DNA of 64,000 nucleotides from assembly GCA_964016885.1 (NCBI GenBank), contig OZ024741.1, forward strand, positions 4,154,001 to 4,218,000, written 5' to 3'. Of this stretch, positions 10,621 to 24,500 are shown one piece after another (within the stretch, counting starts at the first letter, position 1; every line of letters starts with the position of its first letter). Both the position numbers and the translations under genes were made by a program. Origin of the DNA: Eledone cirrhosa. Lineage: Eukaryota. The notes under the pieces are model-generated. The model saw nothing but the letters and a program-made list of their open reading frames with translations. It was not told the DNA's origin and made no database searches.

Positions 10621-13600
10621 GTTGGAACTAGTAACCTACTATAAGACTATCAGAGATAGTTGGTGTGATGTAGGAACTAGTAACCTACTGTTGGACTATC
10701 AGAGATAGTTACTGTGATGTAGGAACTAGTAACCTATTGTAGGACTGTCAGAGATAGTTGGTGTGATGTAGTAACTAGTAACCTACTGTATGACTATCAG
10801 AGATAGTTGGTGTGATGTAGGAACTAGTAACCTACTGTTGGACTATCAGAGATAGTTACTGTGATGTAGGAACTAGTAACCTACTGTTGGACTATCAGAG
10901 ATAGTTGGTGTGATGTAGGAACTAGTCACCTACTGTTGGACTGTCAGAGATAGTTGGTGTGATGTAGGAACTAGTAACCTACTGTAGGAATATCAGAGAT
11001 AGTTGGTGTGATGTAGGAACTAGTAACCTACTGTAGGACTATCAGAGATAGTTGGTGTGATGTAGGAACTAGTAACCTACTGTTGGACTGTCAGAGATAG
11101 TTACTGTGATGTAGGAACTAGTAACTTACTGTAGGACTATCAGAGATAGTTGGTGTGATGTAGGAACTAGTAACCTACTGTAGGACTATCAGAGATAGTT
11201 GGTGTGATGTAGGAACTAGTAACCTACTGTAGGACTATCAGAGATAGTTGGTGTGATGTAGGAACTAGTAACCTACTGTAGGACTATCAGAGTTAGTTAC
11301 TGTGATGTAGGAACTAGTAACTTACTGTAGGACTATCAGAGATAGTTGGTGTGATGTAGGAACTAGTAACCTACTGTAGGACTGTCAGAGATAGTTAATG
11401 TGATGTAGGAACTAGTAACCTACTGTTGGACTATCAGAGATAGTTACTGTGATGTAGGAACTAGTAACCTACTGTTGGACTATCAGAGATAGTTAAAGTG
11501 ATGTAGGAACTAGTAACCTACTGTAGGACTATCAGAGATAGTTGGTGTGATGTAGGAACTAGTAACCTACTGTAGGACTGTCAGAGATAGTTACTGTGAT
11601 GTAGGAACTAGTAACCTACTGTTGAACTATCAGAGATGGTTACTGTGATGTAGGAACTAGTAACCTACTATAGGACTATCAGATATAGTTACTGTGATGT
11701 AGGAACTAGTAACCTACTGTAGGCCTATCAGAGATAGTTGGTGTGATGAAGGATCTAGTAACCTACTATAGGACTATCAGAGATAGTTACTGTGATGTAG
11801 GAACTAGTAACCTACTGTAGGACTATTAGAGATAGTTGGTGTGATGTAGAAACTAGTAACCTTGTGTAAAACTATCAGAGATAGTTACTGTGATGTAAGA
11901 ACTAGTAACCTACTGTTGGACTATGAGAGATAGTTACTGTGATGTAGGAAATAGTAATCTACTGTTGGACTATCAGAGATAGTTACTGTGATGTAGGAAC
12001 TAGTAACCTACTGTAGGACTATCAGAGATAGTTACTGTGATGTAAGAACTAGTAACCTACTGTTGTAGTATCAGCGATAGTTGGTGTGATGTAGGAACTA
12101 GTAACCTACTGTTGGACTATCAGAGCTAGTTACTGTGATGTAGTAACTCGTAACCTACTGTAGGACTATCAGAGATAGTTGGTCTGATGTAGGAACTAGT
12201 AACCTACTGTACGACTATCAGAGATAGTTGGTGTGATGTAGGAACTAGTAACCTACTGTTGGACTATCAGAGATAGTTACTGTGATGTAGTAACTCGTAA
12301 CCTACTGTAGGACTATCAGAGATAGTTGGTGTGATGTAAGAACTAGTAACCTACTGTAGGATTATCAGAGATAGTTGGTGTGATGTAGGAACTAGTAACC
12401 TACTGTTGGACTATCAGAGATAGTTGGTGTGATGTAAGAACTAGTAACCTACTGTAGGACTATCAGAGATAGTTACTGTGATGTAAGAACTAATAAACTA
12501 GTGTTGGACTATCAGAGATAGTTGGTGTGATGTAGGAACTAGTAATCTACTGTAGGACTATCAGAGATAGTTGTTGTGATGTATGAACTAGTAACCTACT
12601 GTTGGACTATCAGAGATATTTGGTGATGTAGGAACTAGTAACCTACTGTCGGACTATCAGAGATAGTTACCGTGATGTAGGAACTAGTAACCTAATGTAG
12701 GACTATCAGAGATAGTTACTGTGATCTAAGAACTAGTAACCTACTGTAGGACTATCAGAGATAGTTGGTGTGACGTATGAACTAGTAACCTACTGTTGGA
12801 CTATCAGAGATAGTTGGTGTGACGTAGGAACTAGTAACCTACTGTAGGCCTATCAGAGTTAGTTACTGTGATGTAGGAACTAGTAACCTACTGTTGGACT
12901 ATAAGAGGTAGTTGGTGTGATGTAGGAACTAGTAACCTACTGTAGGACTATCAGAGATAGTTGTTGTGATGTATGAACTAGTAACCTACTGTTGGGCTAT
13001 CAGAGATAGTTACTGTCATGTAGGAACTAGTAACCTACTCTAGGACTATCAGAGATAGTTGCTGTGATGCAGGAACTAGTAACCTACTGTAGGCCTATCA
13101 GAGATAGTTACTGTGATATAGGAACTAGTAACCTACTGTTGGACTATCAGAGATAGTTACCGTTGTGTAGGAACTAGTAACCTACTGTTGGACAATCAGA
13201 GATAATTACTGTGATGTAGGAACTAGTAACCTACTGTAGGACTATCAGAGATAGTCACTGTGATGTAGGAACTAGTAACCTACTGTTGGACTATCAGAGA
13301 TAGTTGGTGTGATGTGGGAACTAGTAACCTAATGTAGGACTATCAGAGATAGTTACTGTGATGTAAGAACTAGTAACCTACTGTAGGACTATCAGGGATA
13401 TTTACTGTGATGTAGGAACTAGTAACCTACTGTTGGACTATCAGAGATAGTTAATGTGATGTAGGAACTAGTAACCTACTGTAGGACTATCAGAGATAGT
13501 TGGTGTGATGTAGGAACTAGTAACCTACTGTAGGACTGTCAGAGATAGTTACTGTGATGTAGGAACTAGTAACCTACTGTTGAACTATCAGAGATGGTTA

Positions 13601-16600
13601 CTGTGATGTAGGAACTAGTAACCTACTATAGGACTATCAGATATAGTTACTGTGATGTAGGAACTAGTAACCTACTGTTGGACTATCAGAGATAGTTACT
13701 GTGATGTAGGAACTAGTAACCTACTGTAGGCCTATCAGAGATAGTTGGTGTGATGAAGGATCTAGTAACCTACTATAGGACTATCAGAGATAGTTACTGT
13801 GATGTAGGAACTAGTAACCTACTGTAGGACTATTAGAGATAGTTGGTGTGATGTAGAAACTAGTAACCTTGTGTAAAACTATCAGAGATAGTTACTGTGA
13901 TGTAAGAACTAGTAACCTACTGTTGGACAATGAGAGATAGTTACTGTGATGTAGGAAATAGTAATCTACTGTTGGACTATCAGAGATAGTTACTGTGATG
14001 TAGGAACTAGTAACCTACTGTAGGACTATCAGAGATAGTTACTGTGATGTAAGAACTAGTAACCTACTGTAGGACTATCAGAGATAGTTACTGTGATGTA
14101 GGAACTAGTAACCTACTGTAGGACTATCAGAGATAGTTACTGTGATGTAGGAACTAGTAATCTACTGTTGTAGTATCAGAGATAGTTGGTGTGATGTAGG
14201 AACTAGTAACCTACTGTTGGACTATCAGAGCTAGTTACTGTGATGTAGTAACTCGTAACCTACTGTAGGACTATCGGAGATAGTTGGTCTGATGTAGGAA
14301 CTAGTAGCCTACTGTACGACTATCAGAGATAGTTGGTGTGATGTAGGAACTAGTAACCTACTGTAGGACTATCAGAGATAGTTGGTGTGATGTAGGAACT
14401 AGTAACCTACTGTAGGACTATCAGAGATAGTTGGTGTGATGTAGGAACTAGTAACCTACTGTTGGACTATGAGAGATAGTTACTGTGATGTAGGAAATAG
14501 TAATCTACTGTTGGACTATCAGAGATAGTTGGTGTCATGTAGGAACTAGTAACCTACTGTAGGACTATCAGAGATAGTTTCTGTGATGTTGGAACTAGTA
14601 ACCTACTGTAGGACTATCAGAGATAGTTGGTGTAATGTAGGAACTAGTAACCTACTGTTGGACTATCAGAGATAGTTACTGTGATGTAGGAACTAGTAAC
14701 CTACTGTAGGACTGTCAGAGATAGTTGGTGTGATGTAGTAACTAGTAACCTACTGTATGACTATCAGAGATAGTTGGTGTGATGTAGGAACTAGTAACCT
14801 ACTGTTGGACTATCAGAGATAGTTACTGTGATGTAGGAACTAGTAACCTACTGTTGGACTATCAGAGATAGTTGGTGTGATGTAGGAACTAGTCACCTAC
14901 TGTTGGACTGTCAGAGATAGTTGGTGTGATGTAGGAACTAGTAACCTACTGTAGGACTATCAGAGATAGTTGGTGTGATGTAGGAACTAGTAACCTACTG
15001 TAGGACTATCAGAGATAGTTGGTGTGATGTAGGAACTAGTAACCTACTGTTGGACTGTCAGAGATAGTTACTGTGATGTAGGAACTAGTAACTTACTGTA
15101 GGACTATCAGAGATAGTTGGTGTGATGTAGGAACTAGTAACCTACTGTAGGACTATCAGAGATAGTTGGTGTGATGTAGGAACTAGTAACCTACTGTAGG
15201 ACTATCAGAGATAGTTGGTGTGATGTAGGAACTAGTAACCTACTGTAGGACTATCAGAGTTAGTTACTGTGATGTAGGAACTAGTAACTTAAGTAGGACT
15301 ATCAGAGATAGTTGGTGTGATGTAGGAACTAGTAACCTACTGTAGGACTGTCAGAGATAGTTAATGTGATGTAGGAACTAGTAACCTACTGTTGGACTAT
15401 CAGAGATAGTTACTGTGATGTAGGAACTAGTAACCTACTGTTGGACTATCAGAGATAGTTAAAGTGATGTAGGAACTAATAACCTACTGTAGGACTATCA
15501 GAGATAGTTGGTGTGATGTAGGAACTAGTAACCTACTGTAGGACTGTCAGAGATAGTTACTGTGATGTAGGAACTAGTAACCTACTGTTGAACTATCAGA
15601 GATGGTTACTGTGATGTAGGAACTAGTAACCTACTATAGGACTATCAGATATAGTTACTGTGATGTAGGAACTAGTAACCTACTGTTGGACTATCAGAGA
15701 TAGTTACTGTGATGTAGGAACTAGTAACCTACTGTAGGCCTATCAGAGATAGTTGGTGTGATGAAGGATCTAGTAACCTACTATAGGACTATCAGAGATA
15801 GTTACTGTGATGTAGGAACTAGTAACCTACTGTAGGACTATTAGAGATAGTTACTGTGATGTAGGAAATAGTAATCTACTGTTGGACTATCAGAGATAGT
15901 TACTGTGATGTAGGAACTAGTAACCTACTTTAGGACTATGAGAGATAGTTACTGTGATGTAGGAAATAGTAATCTACTGTTGGACTATCAGAGATAGTTA
16001 CTGTGATGTAGGAACTAGTAACCTACTTTAGGACTATCAGAGATAGTTACTGTGATGTAAGAACTAGTAACCTACTGTTGTAGTATCAGAGATAGTTGGT
16101 GTGATGTAGGAACTAGTAACCTACTGTTGGACTATCAGAGCTAGTTACTGTGATGTAGTAACTCGTAACCTACTGTAGGACTATCAGAGATAGTTGGTCT
16201 GATGTAGGAACTAGTAACCTACTGTACGACTATCAGAGATAGTTGGTGTGATGTAGGAACTAGTAACCTACTGTTGGACTATCAGAGATAGTTACTGTGA
16301 TGTAGGAACTAGTAACCTACTGTAGGCCTATCAGAGATAGTTGGTGTGATGAAGGATCTAGTAACCTACTATAGGACTATCAGAGATAGTTACTGTGATG
16401 TAGGAACTAGTAACCTACTGTAGGACTATTAGAGATAGTTGGTGTGATGTAGAAACTAGTAACCTTGTGTAAAACTATCAGAGATAGTTACTGTGATGTA
16501 AGAACTAGTAACCTACTGTTGGACTATGAGAGATAGTTACTGTGATGTAAGAACTAATAAACTAGTGTTGGACTATCAGAGATAGTTGGTGTGATGTAGG

Positions 16601-17769
16601 AACTAGTAATCTACTGTAGGACTATCAGAGATAGTTGTTGTGATGTATGAACTAGTAACCTACTGTTGGACTATCAGAGATATTTGGTGATGTAGGAACT
16701 AGTAAACTACTGTCGGACTATCAGAGATAGTTACCGTGATGTAGGAACTAGTAACCTAATGTAGGACTATCGGAGATAGTTACTGTGATCTAAGAACTAG
16801 TAACCTACTGTAGGACTATCAGAGATAGTTGGTGTGACGTAGGAACTAGTAACCTACTGTTGGACTATCAGAGATAGTTGGTGTGACGTAGGAACTAGTA
16901 ACCTACTGTAGGCCTATCAGAGTTAGTTACTGTGATGTAGGAACTAGTAACCTACTGTTGGACTATAAGAGGTAGTTGGTGTGATGTAGGAACTAGTAAC
17001 CTACTGTAGGACTATCAGAGATAGTTGTTGTGATGTATGAACTAGTAACCTACTGTTGGACTATCAGAGATAGTTACTGTGATATAGGAACTAGTAACCT
17101 ACTGTTGGACTATCAGAGATAGTTACTGTGATGTAAGAACTAATAACCTACTGTATGACTATCAGAGATAGTTACTCTGATATAGGAACTAGTAACCTAA
17201 TGTTGGACTATCAGAGATAGTTGGTGTGATGTAGGAACTAGTAACCTACTGTAGGACTATGAGAGATAGTTGCTGTGATGCAGGAACTAGTAACCTAATG
17301 TAGGATTATTAGAGATAGTTACTGTTATGTAAGAACTAGTAACCTACTGTAGGACTATCAGAGATAGTTACTGTGATATAGGAACTAGTAACCTACTGTT
17401 GGACTATCAGAGATAGTTACCGTTGTGTAGGAACTAGTGACCTAATGTTGGACAATCAGAGATAATTACTGTGATGTAGGAACTAGTAACCTACTGTAGG
17501 ACTATCAGAGATAGTCACTGTGATGTAGGAACTAGTAACCTACTGTTGGACTATCAGAGATAGTTGGTGTGATGTGGGAACTAGTAACCTAATGTAGGAC
17601 TATCAGAGATAGTTACTGTGATGTAAGAACTAGTAACCTACTGTAGGACTATCAGGGATAGTTACTGTGATGTAGGAACTAGTAACCTACTGTTGGACTA
17701 TCAGAGATAGTTAATGTGATGTAGGAACTAGTAACCTACTGTAGGACTATCAGAGATAGTTGGTGTGAT

Positions 17770-20700
17770 GAAGGATCTAGTAACCTACTATAGGACTATC
17801 AGAGATAGTTACTGTGATGTAGGAACTAGTAACCTACTGTAGGACTATTAGAGATAGTTGGTGTGATGTAGAAACTAGTAACCTTGTGTAAAACTATCAG
17901 AGATAGTTACTGTGATGTAAGAACTAGTAACCTACTGTTGGACTATGAGAGATAGTTACTGTGATGTAGGAAATAGTAATCTACTGTTGGACTATCAGAG
18001 ATAGTTACTGTGATGTAGGAACTAGTAACCTACTGTAGGACTATCAGAGATAGTTACTGTGATGTAAGAACTAGTAACCTACTGTAGGACTATCAGAGAT
18101 AGTTACTGTGATGTAGGAACTAGTAACCTACTGTAGGACTATCAGAGATAGTTACTGTGATGTAGGAACTAGTAACCTACTGTTGTAGTATCAGAGATAG
18201 TTGGTGTGATGTAGGAACTAGTAACCTACTGTTGGACTATCAGAGCTAGTTACTGTGATGTAGTAACTCGTAACCTACTGTAGGACTATCAGAGATAGTT
18301 GGTCTGATGTAGGAACTAGTAACCTACTGTACGACTATCAGAGATAGTTGGTGTGATGTAGGAACTAGTAACCTACTGTTGGACTATCAGAGATAGTTAC
18401 TGTTATGTAGTAACTCGTAACCTACTGTAGGACTATCAGAGATAGTTGGTGTGATGTAAGAACTAGTAACCTACTGTAGGATTATCAGAGATAGTTGGTG
18501 TGATGTAGGAACTAGTAACCTACTGTTGGACTATCAGAGATAGTTGGTGTGATGTAAGAACTAGTAACCTACTGTAGGACTATCAGAGATAGTTACTGTG
18601 ATGTAAGAACTAATAAACTAGTGTTGGACTATCAGAGATAGTTGGTGTGATGTAGGAACTAGTAATCTACTGTAGGACTATCAGAGATAGTTGTTGTGAT
18701 GTATGAACTAGTAACCTACTGTTGGACTATCAGAGATATTTGGTGATGTAGGAACTAGTAACCTACTGTAGGACCATCAGGGATAGTTACTGTGATGTAG
18801 GAACTAGTAACCTACTGTTGGACTATCAGAGATAGTTAATGTGATGTAGGAACTAGTAACTTACTGTAGGACTATCAGAGATTGTTGGTGTGATGTAGGA
18901 ACTAGTAACCTACTGTAGGACTGTCAGAGATAGTTACTGTGATGTAGGAACTAGTAACCTACTGTTGAACTATCAGAGATGGTTACTGTGATGTAGGAAC
19001 TAGTAACCTACTATAGGACTATCAGATATAGTTACTGTGATGTAGGAACTAGTAACCTACTGTTGGACTATCAGAGATAGTTACTGTGATGTAGGAACTA
19101 GTAACCTACTGTAGGCCTATCAGAGATAGTTGGTGTGATGAAGGATCTAGTAACCTACTATAGGACTATCAGAGATAGTTACTGTGATGTAGGAACTAGT
19201 AAACCTACTGTAGGACTATTAGAGATAGTTGGTGTGATGTAGAAACTAGTAACCTTGTGTAAAACTATCAGAGATAGTTACTGTGATGTAAGAACTAGTA
19301 ACCTACTGTTGGACTATGAGAGATAGTTACTGTGATGTAGGAAATAGTAATCTACTGTTGGACTATCAGAGATAGTTACTGTGATGTAGGAACTAGTAAC
19401 CTACTGTAGGACTATCAGAGATAGTTACTGTGATGTAAGAACTAGTAACCTACTGTAGGACTATCAGAGATAGTTACTGTGATGTAGGAACTAGTAACCT
19501 ACTGTAGGACTATCAGAGATAGTTACTGTGATGTAGGAACTAGTAACCTACTGTTGTAGTATCAGAGATAGTTGGTGTGATGTAGGAACTAGTAACCTAC
19601 TGTTGGACTATCAGAGCTAGTTACTGTGATGTAGTAACTCGTAACCTACTGTAGGACTATCAGAGATAGTTGGTCTGATGTAGGAACTACTAACCTACTG
19701 TACGACTATCAGAGATAGTTGGTGTGATGTAGGAACTAGTAACCTACTGTTGGACTATCAGAGATAGTTACTGTGATGTAGTAACTCGTAACCTACTGTA
19801 GGACTATCAGAGATAGTTGGTCTGATGTAGGAACTAGTAACCTACTGTACGACTATCAGAGATAGTTGGTGTGATGTAGGAACTAGTAACCTACTGTTGG
19901 ACTATCAGAGATAGTTGGTGTGATGTAAGAACTAGTAACCTACTGTAGGACTATCAGAGATAGTTACTGTGATGTAAGAACTAATAAACTAGTGTTGGAC
20001 TATCAGAGATAGTTGGTGTGATGTAGGAACTAGTAATCTACTGTAGGACTATCAGAGATAGTTGTTGTGATGTATGAACTAGTAACCTACTGTTGGACTA
20101 TCAGAGATATTTGGTGATGTAGGAACTAGTAACCTACTGTAGGACCATCAGGGATAGTTACTGTGATGTAGGAACTAGTAACCTACTGTTGGACTATCAG
20201 AGATAGTTAATGTGATGTAGGAACTAGTAACTTACTGTAGGACTATCAGAGATTGTTGGTGTGATGTAGGAACTAGTAACCTACTGTAGGACTGTCAGAG
20301 ATAGTTACTGTGATGTAGGAACTAGTAACCTACTGTTGAACTATCAGAGATGGTTACTGTGATGTAGGAACTAGTAACCTACTATAGGACTATCAGATAT
20401 AGTTACTGTGATGTAGGAACTAGTAACCTACTGTTGGACTATCAGAGATAGTTACTGTGATGTAGGAACTAGTAACCTACTGTAGGCCTATCAGAGATAG
20501 TTGGTGTGATGAAGGATCTAGTAACCTACTATAGGACTATCAGAGATAGTTACTGTGATGTAGGAACTAGTAACCTACTGTAGGACTATTAGAGATAGTT
20601 GGTGTGATGTAGAAACTAGTAACCTTGTGTAAAACTATCAGAGATAGTTACTGTGATGTAAGAACTAGTAACCTACTGTTGGACTATGAGAGATAGTTAC

Positions 20701-21510
20701 TGTGATGTAGGAAATAGTAATCTACTGTTGGACTATCAGAGATAGTTACTGTGATGTAGGAACTAGTAACCTACTGTAGGACTATCAGAGATAGTTACTG
20801 TGATGTAAGAACTAGTAACCTACTGTAGGACTATCAGAGATAGTTACTGTGATGTAGGAACTAGTAACCTACTGTAGGACTATCAGAGATAGTTACTGTG
20901 ATGTAGGAACTAGTAACCTACTGTTGTAGTATCAGAGATAGTTGGTGTGATGTAGGAACTAGTAACCTACTGTTGGACTATCAGAGCTAGTTACTGTGAT
21001 GTAGTAACTCGTAACCTACTGTAGGACTATCAGAGATAGTTGGTCTGATGTAGGAACTAGTAACCTACTGTACGACTATCAGAGATAGTTGGTGTGATGT
21101 AGGAACTAGTAACCTACTGTTGGACTATCAGAGATAGTTACTGTGATGTAGTAACTCGTAACCTACTGTAGGACTATCAGAGATAGTTGGTGTGATGTAA
21201 GAACTAGTAACCTACTGTAGGATTATGAGAGATAGTTAGTGTGATGTAGGAACTAGTAACCTACTGTTGGACTCTCAGAGATAGTTGGTGTGATGTAAGA
21301 ACTAGTAACCTACTGTAGGACTATCAGAGATAGTTACTGTGATGTAAGAACTAATAAACTAGTGTTGGACTATCAGAGATAGTTGGTGTGATGTAGGAAC
21401 TAGTAATCTACTATAGGACTATCAGAGATAGTTGTTGTGATGTATGAACTAGTAACCTACTGTTGGACTATCAGAGATATTTGGTGATGTAGGAACTAGT
21501 AACCTACTGT
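17770..21510. repeat. Tandem 28-monomer (~1,370-bp) higher-order repeat, about 2.7 copies
   Basis: AACCTTGTGT at 17880, 19251, 20621 and GGACCATCAGGG at 18771, 20142. Spacing is 1,370-1,371 = 28x49 - 2, plus a 1-bp insertion at ~19201. Confidence 0.9.
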
Positions 21511-24500
21511 CGGACTATCAGAGATAGTTACCGTGATGTAGGAACTAGTAACCTAATGTAGGACTATCAGAGATAGTTACTGTGATCTAAGAACTAGTAA
21601 CCTACTGTAGGACTACCAGAGATAGTTGGTGTGACGTAGGAACTAGTAACCTACTGTTGGACTATCAGAGATAGTTGGTGTGACGTAGGAACTAGTAACC
21701 TACTGTAGGCCTATCAGAGTTAGTTACTGTGATGTAGGAACTAGTAACCTACTGTTGGACTATCAGAGGTAGTTGGTGTGATGTAGGAACTAGTAAACTA
21801 CTGTAGGACTATCAGAGATAGTTGTTGTGATGTATGAACTAGTAACCTACTGTTGGACTATCAGAGATAGTTACTGTCATGTAGGAACTAGTAACCTACT
21901 GTATGACTATCAGAGATAGTTGGTGTGATGTAGGAACTAGTAACCTACTGTTGGACTATCAGAGATAGTTACTGTGATGTAGGAACTAGTAACCTACTGT
22001 TGGACTATCAGAGATAGTTGGTGTGATGTAGGAACTAGTAACTTACTGTAGGACTATCAGAGATAGTTGGTGTGATGTAGGAACTAGTAACCTACTGTAG
22101 GACTATCAGAGATAGTTGGTGTGATGTAGGAACTAGTAACCTACTGTAGGACTATCAGAGATAGTTGGTGTGATGTAGGAACTAGTAACCTACTGTAGGA
22201 CTATCAGAGTTAGTTACTGTGATGTAGGAACTAGTAACTTAAGTAGGACTATCAGAGATAGTTGGTGTGATGTAGGAACTAGTAACCTACTGTAGGACTG
22301 TCAGAGATAGTTAATGTGATGTAGGAACTAGTAACCTACTGTTGGACTATCAGAGATAGTTACTGTGATGTAGGAACTAGTAACCTACTGTTGGACTATC
22401 AGAGATAGTTAAAGTGATGTAGGAACTAATAACCTACTGTAGGACTATCAGAGATAGTTGGTGTGATGTAGGAACTAGTAACCTACTGTAGGACTGTCAG
22501 AGATAGTTACTGTGATGTAGGAACTAGTAACCTACTGTTGAACTATCAGAGATGGTTACTGTGATGTAGGAACTAGTAACCTACTATAGGACTATCAGAT
22601 ATAGTTACTGTGATGTAGGAACTAGTAACCTACTGTTGGACTATCAGAGATAGTTACTGTGATGTAGGAACTAGTAACCTACTGTAGGCCTATCAGAGAT
22701 AGTTGGTGTGATGAAGGATCTAGTAACCTACTATAGGACTATCAGAGATAGTTACTGTGATGTAGGAACTAGTAACCTACTGTAGGACTATTAGAGATAG
22801 TTGGTGTGATGTAGAAACTAGTAACCTTGTGTAAAACTATCAGAGATAGTTACTGTGATGTAAGAACTAGTAACCTACTGTTGGACTATGAGAGATATTT
22901 ACTGTGATGTAGGAAATAGTAATCTACTGTTGGACTATCAGAGATAGTTACTGTGATGTAGGAACTAGTAACCTACTGTAGGACTATCAGAGATAGTTAC
23001 TGTGATGTAAGAACTAGTAACCTACTGTTGTAGTATCAGAGATAGTTGGTGTGATGTAGGAACTAGTAACCTACTGTTGGACTATCAGAGCTAGTTACTG
23101 TGATGTAGTAACTCGTAACCTACTGTAGGACTATCAGAGATAGTTGGTCTGATGTAGGAACTAGTAACCTACTGTACGACTATCAGAGATAGTTGGTGTG
23201 ATGTAGGAACTAGTAACCTACTGTTGGACTATCAGAGATAGTTACTGTGATGTAGGAACTAGTAACCTACTGTAGGCCTATCAGAGATAGTTGGTGTGAT
23301 GAAGGATCTAGTAACCTACTATAGGACTATCAGAGATAGTTACTGTGATGTAGGAACTAGTAACCTACTGTAGGACTATTAGAGATAGTTGGTGTGATGT
23401 AGAAACTAGTAACCTTGTGTAAAACTATCAGAGATAGTTACTGTGATGTAAGAACTAGTAACCTACTGTTGGACTATGAGAGATAGTTACTGTGATGTAA
23501 GAACTAATAAACTAGTGTTGGACTATCAGAGATAGTTGGTGTGATGTAGGAACTAGTAATCTACTGTAGGACTATCAGAGATAGTTGTTGTGATGTATGA
23601 ACTAGTAACCTACTGTTGGACTATCAGAGATATTTGGTGATGTAGGAACTAGTAACCTACTGTCGGACTATCAGAGATAGTTACCGTGATGTAGGAACTA
23701 GTAACCTAATGTAGGACTATCAGAGATAGTTACTGTGATCTAAGAACTAGTAACCTACTGTAGGACTATCAGAGATAGTTGGTGTGACGTAGGAACTAGT
23801 AACCTACTGTTGGACTATCAGAGATAGTTGGTGTGACGTAGGAACTAGTAACCTACTGTAGGCCTATCAGAGTTAGTTACTGTGATGTAGGAACTAGTAA
23901 CCTACTGTTGGACTATAAGAGGTAGTTGGTGTGATGTAGGAACTAGTAACCTACTGTAGGACTATCAGAGATAGTTGTTGTGATGTATGAACTAGTAACC
24001 TACTGTTGGACTATCAGAGATAGTTACTGTGATATAGGAACTAGTAACCTACTGTTGGACTATCAGAGATAGTTACTGTGATGTAAGAACTAATAACCTA
24101 CTGTATGACTATCAGAGATAGTTACTCTGATATAGGAACTAGTAACCTAATGTTGGACTATCAGAGATAGTTGGTGTGATGTAGGAACTAGTAACCTACT
24201 GTAGGACTATGAGAGATAGTTGCTGTGATGCAGGAACTAGTAACCTAATGTAGGATTATTAGAGATAGTTACTGTTATGTAAGAACTAGTAAACTACTGT
24301 AGGACTATCAGAGATAGTTACTGTGATATAGGAACTAGTAACCTACTGTTGGACTATCAGAGATAGTTACCGTTGTGTAGGAACTAGTGACCTAATGTTG
24401 GACAATCAGAGATAATTACTGTGATGTAGGAACTAGTAACCTACTGTAGGACTATCAGAGATAGTCACTGTGATGTAGGAACTAGTAACCTACTGTTGGA

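Noticed and set aside
19195-19210. Single 1-bp insertion (AGTAAACCTAC)
   Set aside because: Occurs once in an A run and is absent from sibling 28-mer copies; could be a consensus error and is uninformative.
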